From: Candidatus Nomurabacteria bacterium
GTDB taxonomy: Bacteria; Patescibacteriota; Minisyncoccia; Phycocordibacterales; UBA2100
Direction: 5' to 3'
NCBI GenBank assembly: GCA_943356775.1
Contig: CALRFU010000001.1
Coordinates: 78,891 to 142,890 of the forward strand
DNA: 64,000 bases
The notes under the pieces were generated by a model. It was not told the origin of the DNA. It searched no databases and saw nothing but the letters and a program-made list of their open reading frames with translations. Made by a program: the position numbers and the translations under genes. How positions within the stretch are numbered: position 1 is the stretch's first letter; each line of letters starts with the position of its first letter. Of the stretch, positions 18,701 to 27,549 are shown piece by piece.

Positions 18701-18936
18701 CGAAGCATCCAAACGTCTCGGACCTGCTCGAAAAAGGTACGCTCGACCTTATCATCAACATCCCTACTCGTGCATTCCAACGCGAATCGACCGATGGCTT
18801 CACCATCCGTCGCAAAGCAATCGACATGAACATTCCTCTCCTTACGAATCGACAGCTTGCCGACGGTTTCATTACTGCCCTCGCAGAACAAAAAGGTAAC
18901 GGATTGAAAACGAAATCGTGGGAAGAGTACCGGTGA
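15754..18936 (+). CDS. carB: Carbamoyl-phosphate synthase large subunit
   Basis: Start [31 protein letters not shown] overlapping carA stop (ATGA). Duplicated ATP-grasp halves, oligomerisation and MGS-like domains. About 1060 aa. Confidence 0.95.
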   Translation: [1060 protein letters not shown]

Positions 18937-18940
18937 TTCT

Positions 18941-21589
18941 CTATTTCTTGCCTCTTTTTAGAATTCGCTTCAGGTAGTAGCCGGTGTGTGAACCATCAGT
19001 CTTCGAAACTTCCTCGGGGGTACCTTTAGCGACAATTTTGCCGCCGCCCTGGCCTCCTTCCGGACCCATGTCGATAATGTAATCGGCACACTTGAGTACA
19101 TCGAGATTGTGTTCGATGGCTATGACCGTATTACCCCGTTCGACAAGTTTTTGCAGAATATTTACAAGCTTCGCCACATCGTCGTAGTGAAGCCCCACCG
19201 TCGGCTCGTCGAGCAGATATATGCTTTTTGTAATGAACGGGCGGTAGAGTTCTGATGCAATTTTGACGCGCTGCGCTTCGCCGCCGGAGAGCGTCGTCGC
19301 GCTCTGGCCAAGCTCGAGGTATCCGAGACCCACATCAATCAGGCTTTGCATTCTGTCCGAGACAGCCGGTATGTCTTCAAAGAATGAGTACGCCTCTTCC
19401 ACGGTCATTGAGAGCACATCGTGAATGCTCTTTTTCTTGTATTTCACTTCGAGCGTCTCTTTCATAAATCGCTTGCCGTTGCACACATCGCACGTGACGT
19501 AGACGGTCGGAAGGAAGTGCATCTCTACCGCGACCAAGCCGTTGCCCTGACATGCTTCGCAGCGACCGCCTTTGACGTTGAACGAGAATCGGCCCGGCCC
19601 CCATGCGCGGGCACGGGATTCTTCCGACATCGCAAACATATCTCGGATATGCGTCCAGGCCCCTGTGTATGTCGCAGGATTCGAGCGCGGCGTGCGCCCT
19701 ATCGGAGACTGGTCTATCAATATCGCCCGCCCGAGATATTCGGTGCCTGAAAATTCTTTTGCATTGTATATTTTGGCAGTCCGATATCGCTTATCAAAAC
19801 GCGCCTGCAAATTCCTGTGGAGAATTTCGTAGAGAAAAGTAGACTTGCCGGAACCGGAAACCCCGGAAACAACGACAAACTTCGCGAGTGGTATATCGAC
19901 ATTGAGGTTCTGTACATTGAATTTGTTCGCGCCGCGGATCTTTATCTTGCCCCTGTCGGCCGTCCTCCGTTGCTCCGGTATTTCTATCATCGTCTCCTCG
20001 CGTAAATACGAGAGGGTGCGTGAACCGGATTTGTTGGTCTTGGCGGTAAGGAGTTCATCGAGCCAACCCTCAGCGACGATTTCCCCTCCATGAACACCGG
20101 CACCGGGACCCAAATCCACGATGTAGTCTGATGCGTAAATGGTATCTTCGTCATGCTCCACGACGAGTACCGTGTTGCCCAAATCACGGAGATGTTTAAG
20201 CGTATTTATGAGCTTATCGTTGTCGCGCTGGTGGAGGCCGATAGTCGGCTCGTCGAGTACGTAGAGAGCTCCCACAAGCCCTGAACCGAGTTGCGAAGCG
20301 AGCCTAATGCGCTGGGCCTCACCTCCCGATAGGGTGTTGGCTTTGCGGTCTAGAGTGAGATATTCGATTCCCACATTGAGCATGAATTGAAGCCGGCTCG
20401 TTATCTCCTTTATGACAGTACGTGAAATATCCTGCTCCTTCTTACTGAGCTTTAGTTTCTCGAAGAAATCTTGCGCATCCTGAATGGAAAGACCGGCAAG
20501 CCGCACGATACTCATTCCTTCAACCGGCCCTTTGCCTTCTTCTCCCGTGACCTTACCCAGGAGCACATTGAGGGCTTCCGGCCGCAAACGCGCGCCCTTA
20601 CACACGTCGCACGCCTCATCGCCAAAGAAATATTTCGTTCCGAGTCCTTTACACTCCGGGCAAGCTCCGTAGGGCGAGTTGAATGAGAAGAGGCGCGGCT
20701 CTATCTCCGGGAACGAAAATCCGTCATACGGGCACATAAACTTTGCGGAAACAATGGTGCTCTCACCTTCCGCATCGGTAATTTTTACCAGGCCCTCGGA
20801 TTCGGTGAGCGCACGCTCTATTGCCTCGCTCGCACGCTCGCGGGCGGCTTTTGGATCGTCCACGAATTCTGAGACGAATAGCTCATCCACCACCACGTCG
20901 ATATCATGCTTGTGATGCTTTTGGAGTTCAATACGCTCGCGCAGAGACTTGTCCGCACCGTCGACAACAACCTTTTCAAATCCCTTATTCAAAAGGTCAT
21001 AGAGCAACTGGTAGTATTCACCTTTGCGACCAACAACGACGGGCGAGCTGATGCGTATCTTTGCAACAGATACCCCCTTCGTCAGTATGTTCGACTTCGT
21101 AAGTCGAACATCTGATGTGTGTTTTATTGCCTTCTCGACGATATTCAGCACCGACTCCAAAATTTCTTCATTTGAATGTTTGCGCACCTCGCGTCCGCAA
21201 ATAGTGCAGTGTGGCTTCCCTACCCGCGCATAGAGCACGCGCAAGTAGTCGTATATTTCGGTGATAGTCGCTACCGTCGAGCGCGGGTTGTTGGATCGGC
21301 TCTTTTGGTCTATGGAAATAGCGGGGGACAAGCCCGTAATCTCATCCACATCCGGCTTTTGCATCTGGCGTAAAAATTGACGTGCATAAGCGGAGAGAGA
21401 CTCAACGTACTTGCGTTGACCTTCTGCAAATATCGTATCGAACGCGAGTGAAGACTTCCCGCTCCCGGAAAGCCCCGTGAAAACAACCATTTTGTTGCGC
21501 GGTATCTCGACACTCACATTCTTGAGGTTGTGCGTGCGGGCGCCCTTAATGACGATCTTATCGCTTCCAATATGCTTTTTTTCGGCCAT
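18941..21589 (-). CDS. uvrA: Excinuclease ABC subunit A
   Basis: 882 aa with two ABC ATPase modules ([12 protein letters not shown]; [13 protein letters not shown]) and zinc-finger Cys pairs. Signature LSGGEAQR occurs twice. Confidence 0.95.
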   Translation of the reverse strand: MAEKKHIGSDKIVIKGARTHNLKNVSVEIPRNKMVVFTGLSGSGKSSLAFDTIFAEGQRKYVESLSAYARQFLRQMQKPDVDEITGLSPAISIDQKSRSNNPRSTVATITEIYDYLRVLYARVGKPHCTICGREVRKHSNEEILESVLNIVEKAIKHTSDVRLTKSNILTKGVSVAKIRISSPVVVGRKGEYYQLLYDLLNKGFEKVVVDGADKSLRERIELQKHHKHDIDVVVDELFVSEFVDDPKAARERASEAIERALTESEGLVKITDAEGESTIVSAKFMCPYDGFSFPEIEPRLFSFNSPYGACPECKGLGTKYFFGDEACDVCKGARLRPEALNVLLGKVTGEEGKGPVEGMSIVRLAGLSIQDAQDFFEKLKLSKKEQDISRTVIKEITSRLQFMLNVGIEYLTLDRKANTLSGGEAQRIRLASQLGSGLVGALYVLDEPTIGLHQRDNDKLINTLKHLRDLGNTVLVVEHDEDTIYASDYIVDLGPGAGVHGGEIVAEGWLDELLTAKTNKSGSRTLSYLREETMIEIPEQRRTADRGKIKIRGANKFNVQNLNVDIPLAKFVVVSGVSGSGKSTFLYEILHRNLQARFDKRYRTAKIYNAKEFSGTEYLGRAILIDQSPIGRTPRSNPATYTGAWTHIRDMFAMSEESRARAWGPGRFSFNVKGGRCEACQGNGLVAVEMHFLPTVYVTCDVCNGKRFMKETLEVKYKKKSIHDVLSMTVEEAYSFFEDIPAVSDRMQSLIDVGLGYLELGQSATTLSGGEAQRVKIASELYRPFITKSIYLLDEPTVGLHYDDVAKLVNILQKLVERGNTVIAIEHNLDVLKCADYIIDMGPEGGQGGGKIVAKGTPEEVSKTDGSHTGYYLKRILKRGKK
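21087..21111. repeat. Exact copy of the 25-nt palindromic element inside uvrA
   Basis: ATGTTCGACTTCGTAAGTCGAACAT, identical to 14007..14031. In frame; encodes D160-VRLTKSN-I in UvrA. Confidence 0.7.
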
Positions 21590-21651
21590 ACAAATGTTTG
21601 CGACCCCTGCTATGCGCTAGGGGTTAGGGTGGTCACTATACCACAATGGCT

Positions 21652-22569
21652 TTACAGTATCATCGCCTCTTCTTTGAGCTCAATTTTGAACGTATCGAAA
21701 ACTTTGAGTTTGATACTTTGCGCCAAATTTCGTACATCATGTGCAGTCGCGTTCCCCTGATTGACGATGTAATTGGGATGCTGAAGCGAGGAAATGGCGC
21801 CGCCGACGGTAGCGCCCTTCATACCCGCTTTTTCGATAAGCCATCCGGCGGGCACGCTACCTTCTCGCGACTTAACCCCCTTTTCTTTCTCAAACATGTC
21901 AATAATATTTTGTGGTGCAACAGGATTCATAAAGAACGAGCCCGCAGCTTGTATGTTCTGTAAATGACGCTTCTCGCGCTCCGCGATCGTTTCTTCTGCA
22001 AGTTTCGCACTCTCACTGGAGTTTTTCTTTTGCAATTCAAGAAAGACACGCGTGATAAGCCACTTGGGATTCTGTTTGAAAAAACTATTACGATAGGAGA
22101 ATCCGCATTCTGTGTTCACGAAAATTCTGGTCTCACCTGAGTACATGTTGATTGCTTTCACTTTGTGTACAAAATCCTTGATTTCAGCTCCAAAAGCGCC
22201 CGCATTACCTCGTGCGGCACCACCGATTGTACCCGGAATCCCCGCAAGTTTTTCCCAACCCCCCAAGCCTTTTACACCAGCCGCCTGAATCAAGCTAAGC
22301 AGATTACATCCTCCGTCGGCATCAAGCTCACGATGAGCAAAAGAGAAATTTCCACTCACAATGTGTATGACCAATCCATCGTATCCGTCATCGGGGACCA
22401 AAACATTACTGCCACCCGCCAGTATGATACATCGGATGCCCTTTTCATGCGCCCATCCAATTACTTCGCGCATCTCGTCCTCCGTAGCTACATCGACAAA
22501 ATATTTTGCCGCACCGCCAATCTTGAATGTGGTGAGAGGCGCCAACGGGACATTCTCCTGAATTTTCAT
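21652..22569 (-). CDS. murB: UDP-N-acetylenolpyruvoylglucosamine reductase
   Basis: 305 aa with FAD-binding PCMH domain (TFKIGGAAKYF..ILAGGSNVL) and MurB C-terminal domain. Confidence 0.85.
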   Translation of the reverse strand: MKIQENVPLAPLTTFKIGGAAKYFVDVATEDEMREVIGWAHEKGIRCIILAGGSNVLVPDDGYDGLVIHIVSGNFSFAHRELDADGGCNLLSLIQAAGVKGLGGWEKLAGIPGTIGGAARGNAGAFGAEIKDFVHKVKAINMYSGETRIFVNTECGFSYRNSFFKQNPKWLITRVFLELQKKNSSESAKLAEETIAEREKRHLQNIQAAGSFFMNPVAPQNIIDMFEKEKGVKSREGSVPAGWLIEKAGMKGATVGGAISSLQHPNYIVNQGNATAHDVRNLAQSIKLKVFDTFKIELKEEAMIL

Positions 22570-22570
22570 A

Positions 22571-24610
22571 CTATTTTGATTTTTTGGAATTTTTTGCCTT
22601 CTTCTTAGTTTTTTCTTCCAATTTACCTATTTCGTCCCGCAAAAGTGCAGCGGTCTCGAAGTCGAGCTTGTCGGCCGCTTCATGCATCTGATTTCTCTTA
22701 TCTTTAATGAGCTTCTTTACGTCGCCGCCGTATGCCGCCGTATCCAGCTCTGCGAGCTCACTCACCGCGCGACTCCGTGTGCGCTGAATATCGCCGACGA
22801 TATCGTGTATCCGCTTCTCAATAGTTTTTGGTGTGATTTTGTGCTTCTTGTTGTACGCCTCCTGGATTGCGCGCCTTCGATTTGTCTCCCCCATCGCGCG
22901 CTCAAGCGAGCCCGTCATGTTGTCCGCATAAAGAATGACACGTCCGAGCACATTACGCGCCGCGCGGCCTATGGTCTGAATGAGCGAAGTCTCACTTCGC
23001 AAAAAGCCTTCCTTATCGGCATCGAGTATCGCCACAAGCTCTACTTCGGGAAGGTCGAGGCCCTCGCGCAAAAGGTTAACCCCCACGAGAACATCGAAGA
23101 CTCCCTTGCGAAAATCCGTGAGTATTTCGATGCGTTCAATCGTCTTTATGTCGCTATGTATATACCGGACTTTGATTTTTCTCTCGTCGAGAAACGTCGC
23201 CAAATCTTCAGCCATTTTTTTGGTTAGAACGGTGACCATTGATCGGCTGCCGCGTTTTGTGACCATCTCCGCCTCATTGATGAAATCTTTGACCTGTCCC
23301 GCAAAGTCGCCGCGGGCAATGATGGGGCGCACTTCTATCTGAGGATCCACAAGCCCCGTCGGACGAATGACCTGTGATACAGGAATGCCGCTGTGCTCAA
23401 GCTCATATTTGCCGGGAGTTGCGCTCGTGTAGATAGTTTGCCCGACGCGCTTTTCGAATTCACCAAAATTAAGCGGCCGATTATCGACGGCGCTCGGCAA
23501 ACGGAATCCGTGTTCTACGAGCGTATCTTTGCGGGCTCTATCGCCCGCGTACATACCTCCAATCTGCGACACGGTGACGTGTGACTCGTCTATGATGGTA
23601 AGGAAATTGGGGCTCCCGTCAGGATTCGTCGGAAAGTAGGAGAGGAGCGTGTACGGCGGCTCTCCCGACTTTCTCCGGTCAAAATGACGTGAGTAATTTT
23701 CAATACCGTTACAAAAGCCGAACTCACGAATCATTGCGATATCCTGACGCGTGCGCCGCTTGAGACGCTCGGCTTCGAGTATTTTCCCGGCGGCGGCAAA
23801 TTTCTTCAGCTGCTCCGCAAGTTCCAGTTCTATATCTGCAAGTGCGGCATCTTGTACATCTTTTGGGGTTACGTAATGCTTGGCGGGAAAGATAAATACC
23901 GCATCATGCTTCTTTTCTATCTCACGCGTTATGGCGCTCATTTCTTCTATCTTTGCGATTTTTCCTCCTGTGAGATCGATACGGTAGACGATGCGCTCAC
24001 TTGCCGGCATGAGCTCGACGGCCGCACCGAGGGCGCGAAATGTGCCGGGGGTGAGCTCTCCCGCAACGCGTTCGAAATACATCGAAATAAGTTTTCGGGT
24101 AAAGGTGGCGCGCGTCATCGGCTCGCCTTTTGTTATTTTCATATTCACCTTCTGGTATTCGATAGGACTCCCAAGACCGTAGATACAAGAGACGGAAGCG
24201 ACCACAATCACATCCGGGCGCGTCAAAAGCCCTTCAGTAGCAGCATGCCGCAAGCGTTCGATATCCTCATTAATCATCGCCTCCTTTTCAATGAAAGTAT
24301 CAGTGACAGGGACGTATGCCTCCGGCTGGTAGTAGTCGTAGTAAGAAACGAAATAGTGCACTGCCGCATCGGGGAAAAATTCGCGATACTCTGCAGCAAG
24401 CTGCGCAGCGAGCGTTTTGTTGTGAGCGATGACGAGCGTCGGTTTCTGCCAATGCTCGATGATATTGGCGACCGTAAAGGTCTTGCCTGAGCCTGTGACG
24501 CCGAGGAGCGTCTGGTCGCGTGTCCCCTCCTTGAGCCCTTTCACAAGCGCCTCGATAGCCTTGGGCTGGTCACCCGCCGGGGTATATTCAGATTTAAGTT
24601 TGAATTTCAC
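22571..24610 (-). CDS. uvrB: Excinuclease ABC subunit B
   Basis: 679 aa with helicase motif I (GVTGSGKTFT), beta-hairpin region, helicase C domain and C-terminal UVR domain (AALLRDEIGKLE). Confidence 0.95.
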   Translation of the reverse strand: MKFKLKSEYTPAGDQPKAIEALVKGLKEGTRDQTLLGVTGSGKTFTVANIIEHWQKPTLVIAHNKTLAAQLAAEYREFFPDAAVHYFVSYYDYYQPEAYVPVTDTFIEKEAMINEDIERLRHAATEGLLTRPDVIVVASVSCIYGLGSPIEYQKVNMKITKGEPMTRATFTRKLISMYFERVAGELTPGTFRALGAAVELMPASERIVYRIDLTGGKIAKIEEMSAITREIEKKHDAVFIFPAKHYVTPKDVQDAALADIELELAEQLKKFAAAGKILEAERLKRRTRQDIAMIREFGFCNGIENYSRHFDRRKSGEPPYTLLSYFPTNPDGSPNFLTIIDESHVTVSQIGGMYAGDRARKDTLVEHGFRLPSAVDNRPLNFGEFEKRVGQTIYTSATPGKYELEHSGIPVSQVIRPTGLVDPQIEVRPIIARGDFAGQVKDFINEAEMVTKRGSRSMVTVLTKKMAEDLATFLDERKIKVRYIHSDIKTIERIEILTDFRKGVFDVLVGVNLLREGLDLPEVELVAILDADKEGFLRSETSLIQTIGRAARNVLGRVILYADNMTGSLERAMGETNRRRAIQEAYNKKHKITPKTIEKRIHDIVGDIQRTRSRAVSELAELDTAAYGGDVKKLIKDKRNQMHEAADKLDFETAALLRDEIGKLEEKTKKKAKNSKKSK

Positions 24611-24642
24611 TCGTCTACTCTACTCTTTTTCTACTTTCTCTA

Positions 24643-25893
24643 CTAGTTTTCTAAATGCAATACGCATACATTCCGCTTGCCACGCTTCATCAGGGCAATG
24701 CCGTTGTAAAAATCTTCGGCAGTAAGTTTTTGCTCCTCGTCTGTAATCACTTCTCCATTCAGACTTACCGCTTTGTCAGTGAGGAAGAGTCTCGCCTCGC
24801 GTTTAGAGCTTGCCAGCTTAGAACCTACAAGTACGTCAATCAGAAGTGCATCCATACTGACGTCGTGCGAGGGAGCCGCGCTCTTGAGCATTGCGAGTGC
24901 TTCATCATCAAGACCCTTGAGCCCCGCGTCGTCAAAAAGCACGCTTGAGACCTTTTCCACGGTCTCAGCCGCATCAGCTCCGTGCGCCAGTGTTGTTACC
25001 TCACGCGCCAAAAGGTGCTGCGCGTGATGTTCCTTCGCATCGCGGCGGTGCATTTCCATCACCGCTTCGATTTCCATATCGGAAAGAAGCGTGAAGAGTT
25101 TGAGGTAATCGGCGACGCCCTCGTCACTCGCGCCAAGCCAGAATTGGTAGAACGCATACGGAGATGTCTTTTCCGCGTCGAGCCAGACGGCGTTGCCTTC
25201 ACTTTTGCCGAATTTCTTGCCGTTCGATTTGTCCACGATGATAGGTATCGTAAGCGCGTAAGCGGTTTTGCTTTCTTTGCGCCGAATAAGCTCGACGCCG
25301 GCGACGATATTCCCCCATTGGTCGGAGCCGCCTATCTGCACATCGCAGGCATGCTCGGTGTACAAATGCCAAAAGTCATAGGCCTGTAGGAGCGGGTATG
25401 AGAATTCCGTAAAAGAAATCCCTTCCTCGCTGTCCATGCGAGCGGAAATTGCATCTTTCTTGATGAGCGAATTGACCGTAAAATATTTCCCCGTATCACG
25501 GAGAAATGATATGAGCTCAAGCTTGCCGAGCCAATCGTAATTGTTGACGAGTTGCACCTCGATACCTCCGAGTATCTTTTCAGCCTGCTTCTTCAATTTT
25601 TCTGAGCGCGTGGTAATTTCTTCGATACTCAGAAGTGGTCGCTCCACATCTGGCTTGGGGTCACCAATCATCCCCGTGCCTCCACCAATGAGCAATATCA
25701 CTTTGTGCCCCGCGTCTGCGAAGCGGCGTAAGAGCATGTAAACGGCCAAATTGCCCACGTGGATAGAATCTGCCGTCGGGTCCACCCCCAGATAGACGGT
25801 CCGCTTATTACCATCGGTAATTTCTCCAAGATTTTCGGACGAATACTGGTACACGTAGCCTCGAGATTTTAGAATTTCCGACAATTTTGCCAT
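24643..25893 (-). CDS. tyrS: Tyrosine--tRNA ligase
   Basis: HIGH-type motif (PTADSIHVGN), KMSKS-type (KFGKSEGN), C-terminal S4 domain. Start at MAKLSEIL with GGTGGA Shine-Dalgarno. 417 aa. Confidence 0.9.
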   Translation of the reverse strand: MAKLSEILKSRGYVYQYSSENLGEITDGNKRTVYLGVDPTADSIHVGNLAVYMLLRRFADAGHKVILLIGGGTGMIGDPKPDVERPLLSIEEITTRSEKLKKQAEKILGGIEVQLVNNYDWLGKLELISFLRDTGKYFTVNSLIKKDAISARMDSEEGISFTEFSYPLLQAYDFWHLYTEHACDVQIGGSDQWGNIVAGVELIRRKESKTAYALTIPIIVDKSNGKKFGKSEGNAVWLDAEKTSPYAFYQFWLGASDEGVADYLKLFTLLSDMEIEAVMEMHRRDAKEHHAQHLLAREVTTLAHGADAAETVEKVSSVLFDDAGLKGLDDEALAMLKSAAPSHDVSMDALLIDVLVGSKLASSKREARLFLTDKAVSLNGEVITDEEQKLTAEDFYNGIALMKRGKRNVCVLHLEN

Positions 25894-25912
25894 ATCCACC
25901 TTTATACCACGA

Positions 25913-26302
25913 CTATAAACCATCTCGCTTTTGTTCCCGTCCGCGGACTTCATGCTCATCCATACCGAAGTGGTGAGCAAATTCATGCCATATGGTCTCC
26001 CCGACGACTTCCCGGACATCCCTCTTATCTTCTGCTGCGGCTTCTTCAATAGGTATCTGGTAGAGGGTGATGGTGTCCGGCAACGTCATACCCACGCCAT
26101 ATTCCTCCCCACGCTCCGAGAGCGGAATGCCCTTGTAGAGTCCGAGCAGCGTCTCGTCATCACCCAGGCCTTCCGCTTCGCGGTCTTCCGGCGAAGGCTC
26201 ATCCTCGACAAGCAAAGCCACGTTCCTTATCTTTAAGCGCACCCACTCGGGTAATTTCTCATACCCTTCGGCAGCTATCTTTTCAAATTCCTTGCGTCGC
26301 AT
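25913..26302 (-). CDS. Small zincin-like metallopeptidase family protein
   Basis: About 130 aa from MRRKEFEKIAAEG with HEFAHH (HExxH) motif near the C-terminus. Upstream part of the longer ORF is Ser/Thr-rich and not protein-like. Confidence 0.5.
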   Translation of the reverse strand: MRRKEFEKIAAEGYEKLPEWVRLKIRNVALLVEDEPSPEDREAEGLGDDETLLGLYKGIPLSERGEEYGVGMTLPDTITLYQIPIEEAAAEDKRDVREVVGETIWHEFAHHFGMDEHEVRGREQKRDGL

Positions 26303-26324
26303 ATGGCTATGATACACTGGGCTG

Positions 26325-26555
26325 ATGGTAAAAAAGCCTAAGATGACATTGGAAAAGCTTGCGACTCTTGTAGTCGAAGGTTTTGAAGAGGTTAAAACCG
26401 ATATCGGAGAACTCAAGCGTGATGTGACGCAAGTGAAGCACGATGTCGGGGAAATAAGAACCGACCTCAAGGCGCACGGAAAAGCAATTGATAAAGATGC
26501 AGTCACTCTCATCATCCAAGAAACTCGCATCAAGAAACTCGAACACGCGCGCTAG
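26325..26555 (+). CDS. Small coiled-coil protein, hypothetical
   Basis: 76-aa heptad-like charged sequence in an AT-rich stretch (about 43% GC). May start at MTLEKL. Confidence 0.35.
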   Translation: MVKKPKMTLEKLATLVVEGFEEVKTDIGELKRDVTQVKHDVGEIRTDLKAHGKAIDKDAVTLIIQETRIKKLEHAR

Positions 26556-26560
26556 GCGTC

Positions 26561-26980
26561 ATGACAAAACGACCATTACTGCTGCGTATAATCTCGATAT
26601 ATTTCGTATTCCTTGGCCTATACCTTTTGTTCACCTTTGTTTATGGATTATCGGTCAGTCGGTTTTCTTTGGAATCTTTAGTTATAATTGCTCTATCCGC
26701 CGCCACACCAATAATACTTACAGCGGCGGCGATTACCGCGTTCATGTTGAAACGAATATCCATCTATCTTTTCTTCGGCGCGTTGTTACTACTTGCCGTG
26801 CAATCTCTGTATCTATTAACTCTTGCTGAATTGTTCAGCGGCCCCATAATCGGACTCGCAATAATTCTTGCAGTGATTTTTTATCTACGCGTGTTGGCAA
26901 TGAACGGTATTCTAAAAAGTCTTATTGCCTCACCAATTCTGCAAAACGTCTTTTCACCTTCTCGATCTTTGGCTCAATGA
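26561..26980 (+). CDS. 4-TM membrane protein, hypothetical
   Basis: 139 aa with four hydrophobic helices in AT-rich DNA. 3' end overlaps msrA convergently by about 59 nt. Confidence 0.4.
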   Translation: MTKRPLLLRIISIYFVFLGLYLLFTFVYGLSVSRFSLESLVIIALSAATPIILTAAAITAFMLKRISIYLFFGALLLLAVQSLYLLTLAELFSGPIIGLAIILAVIFYLRVLAMNGILKSLIASPILQNVFSPSRSLAQ

Positions 26981-27464
26981 CAATCTGACAATACGGCGCA
27001 CTTGCGTTCTCTTTGAAGTAATTTTGATGATACGACTCGGCGGGAAAGAATTTTCCGAGCGGAATTACTTGCGTCACGACGCGCGTACCATCCTTGAGAG
27101 ATTCTTGGATTTCTTGCGCTATCTTTTCCGCAATCGCTTTCTCTTCTTCTGTCTCATACAAAATCACCGACCTGTACTGCTCCCCTACGTCCGCACCTTG
27201 CCTGTTCTGTGTTGTCGGATCATGCGAACCAAAGAAAACGGTAAGCAAATCTTCGTACGAAATAATTGCGGGATCGTATGTCACGCGGATAACTTCCGCG
27301 TGCCCCGTTGTTCCGGTACTAACTTGCTCATACGTAGGCACCACTTGTGGTGAGCTTGTCGAACCACCGGCGTATCCAGATTCCACCTTCAGAACCCCCT
27401 TCAACATCTGAAATACAGCCTCCGTGCACCAAAAGCATCCACCTCCGAATACTGCTGTTTTCAT
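26922..27464 (-). CDS. msrA: Peptide methionine sulfoxide reductase MsrA
   Basis: 180 aa with MKTAVFGGGCFWCTEAVF active-site motif. Full-length. Confidence 0.9.
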   Translation of the reverse strand: MKTAVFGGGCFWCTEAVFQMLKGVLKVESGYAGGSTSSPQVVPTYEQVSTGTTGHAEVIRVTYDPAIISYEDLLTVFFGSHDPTTQNRQGADVGEQYRSVILYETEEEKAIAEKIAQEIQESLKDGTRVVTQVIPLGKFFPAESYHQNYFKENASAPYCQIVIEPKIEKVKRRFAELVRQ

Positions 27465-27549
27465 ATAGTGATTGTAACAAAAAATGAAATAAATACGTGT
27501 TATTCTTGTGTACTATAGAGATACCTTCTTAAGGCTTGATTTTTTCTGC

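Noticed and set aside
25913-26533. Long 206-aa version of the zincin-like ORF
   Set aside because: The N-terminal 77 residues are Ser/Thr/Val low-complexity and overlap the better-supported plus-strand coiled-coil ORF. Only the C-terminal 130 aa starting MRRKEF look protein-like.
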